From a virus (taxonomy: Duplodnaviria; Caudoviricetes), in the IMG/VR virus record IMGVR_UViG_3300012921_000070, positions 1 through 52,643 of that record: a stretch of 52,643 bases of DNA; one strand, written 5' to 3'. A program made the position numbers and the translations under genes. The first letter of the stretch is position 1. The number at the start of each line of letters is the position of its first letter. Below, in pieces: positions 46,568-52,643 of the stretch. A model generated the notes under the pieces. It made no database searches, was not told the origin of the DNA, and saw only the letters and a list, made by a program, of their open reading frames with translations.

Positions 46568-49201
46568 ATGTCCGTCTTTACCAAGCCGGCCGCAGAAGTG
46601 TTCGCACCAACGACCGCGGGCGGCGCGCCGCGCGGCGCCGACATCGGAGAGGCGCAGGTCTGGGGCGTCGAGGTCGAGACGGCCATCAATGCCGCTATCG
46701 CTTCCGGGGCGCTGGTCTACACGACCAAGGCGGCGCTTGATGCTGATCTTGCACACCCGGCCAACACGGGCGCATGGGTGGTTGCGGACGGAACGTCGGC
46801 GAACAACGGCATCTACAACAAGGCTGGCGCGTCAGGCGCCGGGTCGTGGACGAAGCGTATCGGACTTCCGGTGGGTGTGACCGGTGCGACTGGCCCAGCC
46901 GGACCGGCGGGGGCCACAGGTGCGACCGGTGCGACAGGAGCGACTGGCGCGCAGGGTCCGGCAGGCCCGACGGGTGCAACGGGAGCTGCTGGGCCGACCG
47001 GACCAGCTGGAGCGGATGCCCCTCTCGGCGATCTTGCCCAGACTCAGGGGCGGCCCGGCGATGCCGTGTCGCGGTTCACGTCGACCTTGACGGGTGCGGC
47101 CGATGCTGCCGCATCTCCGAATGGCACGCCGACCAACAATCTGGACGGCCGGGTCCTGCGCATAACGGGCGATGACACGCTGGCCCTGCGCGAGCGGATC
47201 AAGGTCGAGAGTGGGCACAAGTATCTGCTGACATGGATATTCAAGCGGGCGACGAACCCGACCGATCCGGCAGGCGATACGGTTCGGTGCGACATCCAGT
47301 TTCTGACCTCGGCCAAGGCCGCCAATGGCACCATGTCGGTGCCGATCGATACAACGTTGACGGTGGCGATGGGGCGTCAGGTGATCACGCTGGTGGTGGC
47401 CGGCGAGGCCGGCGACGGTGTCGATGTTGTCTGGTCTGCGAACACCAAATATATCGTGCCCTTCATCCGCACTTATGGCGCAGACGGCGTGACCGATCGC
47501 GAGGCGATCGAGTGGGCGGACATCACCTTTGGTGATACGGCCGTGGCCGCTGTGGCTGCCGATCTGGCAGAACTGGACGAAGCGGTAGTGCACAAGGCCG
47601 GGGACGAAAACATTGACGGGGTCAAGACGTTCTCTGAATCGCCTATAGTGCCGACGCTCCCGCCTGGCACCAACACGACTCAGATCGCTTCGACCGCGCA
47701 TGTCAAGGCGGCGATCGACCAGCTGCTCTCCGGGGCGCCGGGCGCGCTGGACACGCTGAACGAGCTGGCCGCCGCTCTTGGCGACGACGAGAACTTCGCG
47801 GCGAACGTGACGAATGCTCTGAGCCTGCTACAGGCAGCGCTCGATCTAAAGGCGGCCGACAGCGCAGTCGTCCATAAGACCGGCGATGAGACCATCGCCG
47901 GGGTCAAGGAATTCAACGGGGCTGTGAAGGTCACCGAGCATCAGCCCGGCTACGACACCGACGAGGACGGGCCGTTTACCGTCGTAAGCGAGGACGGGAA
48001 GATCCTCCAGCAGCCGGTGATGCGAGAGGAATACGACACCGACGAGGATGCCGCGCGCGTCGTGGTCGGCCTCGACGGCCATATCCTCTTCGAGGATGTT
48101 CCGCCGCCCTACGCACCTGTGGTGAATGCCCACGCGGTGCGTCAGGCGCGGGTGAAGCTACGCAGCATCCTTCGCGGCTCTGTCAAGCAGTGCCGCATAG
48201 GGTGGATCGGGGACTCTTACTTCAACAGTTGGACACCAGCATGGTTTCGCAACCGTATGGTGTCGATCTTCGGCAACGCTGGGCCGGGCTTCGTATCGCT
48301 GGAGACCTCGGAGAACTTCGTCAGCGCCGATACCAACATATCGATCGCCTCGACCGGGACATGGACCAACACCAAGGGCGGCAAGGCGGTCCCCCGGCTC
48401 TCGACCGCATCGACATCCGATCCGGCCGCCTTCAGAACCGTGTTCGGCAATGGCGCGATCACGTCCGCCCACCTGCATTATCTGGCAGCGGGTGGTGCGA
48501 CGGCCTTCTATCGCTGGGGTGTCTATGGCGGGTCCGGCTCGCTGACCGACCGGACGAAGTATGCATTTGGTTCCAATCACTCGCTCGACCTGTCGACCGG
48601 CTATCGCATTTCGATGCCGACCGACCTCCCGGCAAGCGGCTATTGGGCGCTGGAGATCGGGTGCGCCGCCGGCACGATAGAGGTGGCCTCGGTCGACCTG
48701 AAGAACAGCGCGGCCGGCGTTATCGTCGACAACCTCGGCGTCGGCGGGTTCACAACGTCGAACTGGCTCGCACCGAACTCCGCGGCCTGGTCGACCGTCA
48801 TCGGGTCCATGAATATCGATCTGGCGATCATAGGGCTGGGTCCCAACGACCAGGCCGGCACGGTGCCTGACACGGGCATCGCCAACAACTTCGCCGAGAT
48901 CAGGCAGCGGCTTCTTGTCGGGACGCCTTCGATGAGCACCGTGTTCATGTCGGCGCCCGAGAACTTCCTCGGCCGGGCGCGCAAGATGGCGGACATCACG
49001 AAGGCCGTGCGCGCCATGGCGATGCAGCTCGGCGTCACGCATGTGGATCTGCAGCCGCTCTTCGGCCCGGTCGAGCACAAGGAAGATTACCGCTCGACCG
49101 GCATTCGTCCGCTAGTTGCTGCCTATCCGGACGACATCCACCCCTCCGTCGACGGCGGCGATCTCATCCTCGCCCAGGCCATCGAAGACCTCCTGATCTG
49201 A
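46568..49201 (+). CDS. Tail fibre/spike with collagen repeat and SGNH esterase
   Basis: 16 Gly-X-Y triplets; APGALDTLNELAAALGDD; SGNH blocks GDS, GVGG, GPND, DDIHP. Confidence 0.85.
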   Translation: MSVFTKPAAEVFAPTTAGGAPRGADIGEAQVWGVEVETAINAAIASGALVYTTKAALDADLAHPANTGAWVVADGTSANNGIYNKAGASGAGSWTKRIGLPVGVTGATGPAGPAGATGATGATGATGAQGPAGPTGATGAAGPTGPAGADAPLGDLAQTQGRPGDAVSRFTSTLTGAADAAASPNGTPTNNLDGRVLRITGDDTLALRERIKVESGHKYLLTWIFKRATNPTDPAGDTVRCDIQFLTSAKAANGTMSVPIDTTLTVAMGRQVITLVVAGEAGDGVDVVWSANTKYIVPFIRTYGADGVTDREAIEWADITFGDTAVAAVAADLAELDEAVVHKAGDENIDGVKTFSESPIVPTLPPGTNTTQIASTAHVKAAIDQLLSGAPGALDTLNELAAALGDDENFAANVTNALSLLQAALDLKAADSAVVHKTGDETIAGVKEFNGAVKVTEHQPGYDTDEDGPFTVVSEDGKILQQPVMREEYDTDEDAARVVVGLDGHILFEDVPPPYAPVVNAHAVRQARVKLRSILRGSVKQCRIGWIGDSYFNSWTPAWFRNRMVSIFGNAGPGFVSLETSENFVSADTNISIASTGTWTNTKGGKAVPRLSTASTSDPAAFRTVFGNGAITSAHLHYLAAGGATAFYRWGVYGGSGSLTDRTKYAFGSNHSLDLSTGYRISMPTDLPASGYWALEIGCAAGTIEVASVDLKNSAAGVIVDNLGVGGFTTSNWLAPNSAAWSTVIGSMNIDLAIIGLGPNDQAGTVPDTGIANNFAEIRQRLLVGTPSMSTVFMSAPENFLGRARKMADITKAVRAMAMQLGVTHVDLQPLFGPVEHKEDYRSTGIRPLVAAYPDDIHPSVDGGDLILAQAIEDLLI
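46874..47017 (+). repeat. Collagen-like Gly-X-Y coding repeat
   Basis: GVT GAT GPA GPA GAT...GAD, 9-nt periodicity. Confidence 0.85.
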
Positions 49202-49213
49202 AGGACCATCCCC

Positions 49214-50122
49214 ATGCAGACTGTGCATATCGATCCCAATCTCGCCGCCGCTGCCGGTCACGGGCTGATGGGGCGCACAAAGCTCATTCGCACCGATGTG
49301 AGCCGGGGCAACAAGTGGTCATTCGACCTATCGCGAGGCTACTGCTCGCCCGGCGTTGGGACGATCGTCAATGGCGCGGTGGTTAAGAACCTTTCCGAAA
49401 GCTATGCCGAGCGCGACAACCCGGTGCCGGCCGGGGACATGGTCATAGCGTCGAGCGAAACACTGTCCGTCTCGGGCGGCGGCATCTACTTCGGCGCGGC
49501 GACGGTCGCCAACAGTTATCTGCGCGGCCCTGCCACGGCCGCCGCCGCGATCTGGGCGAACGGTCAGTATTATCTCTCGACTACCGTTCTGAAGCTGCCA
49601 ACGGCGGCGGACTGGGCGGAATCCACGACAGCCATCCTGCCGTTCCACAGCTGGACAGCCGGCGTTAACAGCTACGCGGCCAATCTGGACATTGCCTCGA
49701 CGGGTTTCCAGAAGTCCGGCGCGACGCCGATCATCATGCATCGCAGGCAGTATGGTGGCGCTTTCGCTGGCGACCTTGTCGGACTCATTCCGCCCACGGC
49801 AGCGCTCGGGGGGTTTGCCATGGTCGCATCGTGGTATCGGCCGGGCGAGATCGGGACGGCGTTCTATTATCCGGGCGGGATCGTCCCGGCGACACCTATC
49901 GCGCCGACCGGGGCACACAGCACTGACTTCTCGGCGCTTCGGCCGTTGCGCGGCTTGCCAGCGACAATCTGGAACGCGGAAATCGCCAACAACGCTCACA
50001 AGTTCAAGATCTACGCCGGCTTCGACGAAGCGATCGGCCTGTCGGGTCGCAGCGTATCGGCCGTGCTTGCCGAGCACTGGGCTCGGGAAAAGGCGAAGTG
50101 GGACGCCGGGATCTATTCGTGA
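49214..50122 (+). CDS. Tail-associated beta-rich protein
   Basis: AAGGA RBS; follows fibre gene. Confidence 0.6.
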   Translation: MQTVHIDPNLAAAAGHGLMGRTKLIRTDVSRGNKWSFDLSRGYCSPGVGTIVNGAVVKNLSESYAERDNPVPAGDMVIASSETLSVSGGGIYFGAATVANSYLRGPATAAAAIWANGQYYLSTTVLKLPTAADWAESTTAILPFHSWTAGVNSYAANLDIASTGFQKSGATPIIMHRRQYGGAFAGDLVGLIPPTAALGGFAMVASWYRPGEIGTAFYYPGGIVPATPIAPTGAHSTDFSALRPLRGLPATIWNAEIANNAHKFKIYAGFDEAIGLSGRSVSAVLAEHWAREKAKWDAGIYS

Positions 50123-50250
50123 CCGGCCGACCGACAGGTCTTTGACTGCTCCGGCGCGAACATCTGCTCGACCGAGCCTGCTCGCGGCCGGCATGGCTCC
50201 GGCACCGGCGCGCAGCCGGCAAGCACGGCAAGGATGACGAGGTATCGCAT
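50113..50250 (-). CDS. Small lipoprotein (45 aa), not in ORF track
   Basis: MRYLVILAVLAGCAPVPEPCRPRAGSVEQMFAPEQSKTCRSAGHE; LAGC lipobox; GGGGAG RBS. Confidence 0.7.
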   Translation of the reverse strand: MRYLVILAVLAGCAPVPEPCRPRAGSVEQMFAPEQSKTCRSAGHE

Positions 50251-50257
50251 GGAACTC

Positions 50258-50429
50258 CCCTGGTTTGGATCGGGGAGTTGAGAAGCCTCTGGTGAAGCCG
50301 CCGACGCCTTTAGGCTTTCGCCCTGGACATGCGCGCACGGCCTCCCCGACCAAACCGGGAAACGCGCCCTGACCAGCGATCAGGACGCGCCATTACCGCC
50401 GAAGCGGACCAGAGGGGTTCTCACGCCCC
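50258..50429 (-). ncRNA. C4-like antisense RNA with upstream target
   Basis: ~18-bp closing stem; GAAA and UUCG tetraloops on minus strand; TTCTCA segment complementary to target GGGGCGTGAGAACCCC. Confidence 0.6.
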
Positions 50430-50459
50430 AGCGCCGCCGTGTCGGCCGCGCCGTCGACA

Positions 50460-50488
50460 CAGATAGCCGCCCGCGCAGGCCAAGGCAA
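50460..50488 (-). promoter_or_regulatory. Putative sigma70 promoter for C4-like RNA/lipoprotein
   Basis: TTGCCT-N17-TATCTG. Confidence 0.45.
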
Positions 50489-50558
50489 CGCGCCTGACCG
50501 CTGCGGGCTCCATCACAACCCGACCTGAACACTCCGCCACTGGCGGAAAGGAGAGACC

Positions 50559-51344
50559 ATGGACAAGTATCATGTCTATCGGCCGATGCTGAACCTCATC
50601 GGCTACACCGAGGGCACCGACAAGGGCGCGGGCTACAACGAGACGCTCGCCTACGGCGCCTATACCGGCGGCGCGGTGAACCTGGTCAAGATGACGCTGG
50701 ATGAGCTCGACACGCTGCAGACGAAGATGCTGCGGCATCCGAAGAACAAGCTGAAGTCCTCGGCGGCCGGCCGGTATCAGATCGTCCGCACCACGGCGCG
50801 CGCGATCCGCGCCGCGCTCGACATGACCGGCCGGGAGAAGTTTGACGAGGACATGCAGGACCGCATGGCCTGCTACCTGCTCGGGCAGCGCGGCATCGAC
50901 AAGTATCTCGCGGGCCGGATGTCCGAGGACACGCTGCTCAACAACCTGGCGAAGGAATGGGCCTCGCTGCCCACAACCGCGGGCAAGGGCTACTACGGCG
51001 GGCAGCACGCCGCGGTGACGCCGGCACGGGTGCGGGCGGTGCTGGCAGAGGTGCGCGATCGCCACCGGGAAGACCAGCCGAAGGAGGTCGAGACGGTCGA
51101 GGTCGAGAAGCCCGTCGTTCCGGAGAAGGTCGACAAGGAGGTCAAGCAGAAAACCAACTGGCTGACCTATCTCTTCGGCGCGGGCGGCCTGGGATCGGGC
51201 GCGATCGCCTTCCTGCGCGACGCGGACTGGCAGACCATCGCGGCGCTGATTGCCGGCGGTGTCGTGGCCGGCGGTCTGTCGCTCGCGGCCGGGATCTGGA
51301 TCGTGCGCCGCATCAAGGCGATCAAGGCGGAGATCGCGGCGTGA
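50559..51344 (+). CDS. Endolysin (lambda-R-like transglycosylase) with C-terminal TM helices
   Basis: IGYTEGT, SSAAGRYQI, QDRMA, EWASLP. Confidence 0.88.
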   Translation: MDKYHVYRPMLNLIGYTEGTDKGAGYNETLAYGAYTGGAVNLVKMTLDELDTLQTKMLRHPKNKLKSSAAGRYQIVRTTARAIRAALDMTGREKFDEDMQDRMACYLLGQRGIDKYLAGRMSEDTLLNNLAKEWASLPTTAGKGYYGGQHAAVTPARVRAVLAEVRDRHREDQPKEVETVEVEKPVVPEKVDKEVKQKTNWLTYLFGAGGLGSGAIAFLRDADWQTIAALIAGGVVAGGLSLAAGIWIVRRIKAIKAEIAA

Positions 51345-51535
51345 GTAAGCGTCGCTGTGTGGCTTGTCGAGGCGAGCGATGGGTCGATGATCAGAATTGG
51401 TCCGCAGAACATCCCGATCTCTACTCTCGGCTCGGTGATGCGCTCCGTAAGCCCGGAGACGGCCGCATTCCCTGTGCCCGCTGCAACTTTGCCGGATGGG
51501 ACGTGCCAGACGGCAAACCTGTGAAGGTGGCATGA
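51341..51535 (+). CDS. Small Zn-finger protein
   Basis: CVAC...CARC; GTGA-coupled. Confidence 0.5.
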   Translation: MSKRRCVACRGERWVDDQNWSAEHPDLYSRLGDALRKPGDGRIPCARCNFAGWDVPDGKPVKVA

Positions 51536-51789
51536 TGCTCGCACTCCTCCCCACCTGGCTGCGGCTCGGCGCCGTGGCCGTGCTCGGCGGCATGATCGCC
51601 GCCGGGCCTGTCTATCTCTACGGCCATTCCAAGGGGCGCGAGGCGGAGCGCGTGGCCGTCCTGAAGCGATCCGTCGACCTCCTGCGCGAAAGGAATGCGA
51701 GCGATGAAGCGATCAACGGCATGGATGATGCTGGCCTGTGTGCCGCTCTTGACGGTGTCTGGGTGCCAGACGACCGGCGGTGCGAGTGA
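51532..51789 (+). CDS. i-spanin (Rz-like)
   Basis: N-terminal TM, helical periplasmic part. Confidence 0.65.
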   Translation: MMLALLPTWLRLGAVAVLGGMIAAGPVYLYGHSKGREAERVAVLKRSVDLLRERNASDEAINGMDDAGLCAALDGVWVPDDRRCE

Positions 51790-51919
51790 ATGCGACGGAT
51801 GGCGCAAGCTCTCGCCGGCCGCGGCGACGCGCGACTTCATCGTCCGGCAGGACCGTCCGTTCGCCGAACAGGTCGCCGGTCACAACCGGTTCGGCGCGCA
51901 GCGCAAGTGCTGGCAGTGA
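51704..51919 (+). CDS. o-spanin (Rz1-like lipoprotein)
   Basis: VSGC lipobox; overlaps Rz 3' end in another frame. Confidence 0.7.
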   Translation: MKRSTAWMMLACVPLLTVSGCQTTGGASECDGWRKLSPAAATRDFIVRQDRPFAEQVAGHNRFGAQRKCWQ

Positions 51920-51995
51920 GCGAAGCCATCTTCTTCACCTGCGGTTTCGTCGTGCTCGGCGTGACCGCATTCGTTCTATGGCGGGGATATGATTG

Positions 51996-52358
51996 ATGGC
52001 AGGCGAAACGCAGGCGGAGCGCATGGCGCGAATGGACGAGCGCCTGAAGTCGATCGAACGAATGCTGGTGGCTATCGCCGACGATCAGAAAGGCGCCGCC
52101 GAGGGGCGCAAGCGCGGCTACGAAGCGCAGGAGCGGACCGAAAAGGAGATGATCGTCATCAATCATCGCCTGACCGCCGTCGAGAAAAGCGTCGAAGGCA
52201 TTCGCCCCACGACGGTCGAACTGGAAAAAGTCCGCGACCGCGTCGTCTTCGCCGGATCTCTGGGAAGGGCGTTGTGGGCCATCGGCAAGGCGCTGCTCGC
52301 TGCCGCCGCCGGCGCGGCCGGCGCTTGGTATGCGCTCACCGGCCGCCCGCCGCCGTGA
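51996..52358 (+). CDS. Holin-like protein (DUF1515-like)
   Basis: Coiled coil plus C-terminal TM; lysis module. Confidence 0.55.
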   Translation: MAGETQAERMARMDERLKSIERMLVAIADDQKGAAEGRKRGYEAQERTEKEMIVINHRLTAVEKSVEGIRPTTVELEKVRDRVVFAGSLGRALWAIGKALLAAAAGAAGAWYALTGRPPP

Positions 52359-52397
52359 TCACTCGCTTTCGACCATTGCGGATGCTATAGTTTCCAA

Positions 52398-52643
52398 ATG
52401 TTGAAAGCTGATCTCATCCAAGGCGTGCCGCTCTACCGCATCCATGAAAAGGATGCGAAGCCGCACCACGAGGCAATCGTTCGCGAGGCCAATCAGGCTG
52501 GCTTGAATTCCCTGCCGTTCAGCGCCCACGGGAAGGACTGGTTCGTCACCCGTCTGGATGTCGAAGACGGCGTCCTGATCATCGACGGCATCGAATTCGA
52601 CGAATTCATCGCGACCAACGGTGTGCCGCGCCCGCCGCCGTAG
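52398..52643 (+). CDS. Hypothetical terminal moron
   Basis: TATAGT 6 nt upstream of ATG, no RBS. Confidence 0.55.
   Translation: MLKADLIQGVPLYRIHEKDAKPHHEAIVREANQAGLNSLPFSAHGKDWFVTRLDVEDGVLIIDGIEFDEFIATNGVPRPPP

Noticed and set aside
46874-48050. Repeats as CRISPR or DGR
   Set aside because: In-frame protein repeats; no spacers, cas genes, RT or adenine-specific variation
29928-49078. Many long minus-strand ORFs across the structural region
   Set aside because: High-GC antisense shadows of well-supported virion genes

Overview
The window is essentially one complete, intact-looking ~52.6 kb temperate siphovirus prophage with lambdoid layout. The host is probably an alphaproteobacterium (Rhizobiales), inferred from high GC, an alpha-type tRNA-fMet and CtrA/GTA-like genes. 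Order: tyrosine integrase and xis; leftward early operon (ASCH, HNH, DUF4326, RecT/ExoX/RecE, Lar and many small genes); PL/OL; immunity region (HNH, ImmA/IrrE, membrane and secreted proteins, cI); OR/cro; rightward early operon (three DNA MTases, acyl carrier protein, CtrA-like wHTH, RuvC, DnaB, DnaA domain IV); tRNA-fMet; a TIR moron; head and tail genes with a G/GT frameshift and a collagen+SGNH fibre; lysis genes. The most unusual signals are: (1) an early gene resembling a gene-transfer-agent major tail tube protein with its polymerisation loop deleted, alongside receiver-less CtrA and DnaA-domain-IV mimics; (2) three long structured non-coding regions, namely a ~225-nt pseudoknotted RNA after the tRNA, a ~400-nt structured leader before an HNH nuclease, and a C4-like antisense RNA in front of an unlisted 45-aa lipoprotein. 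All family calls are from remembered motifs, not database searches. att sites are not visible because the window ends on stop codons.
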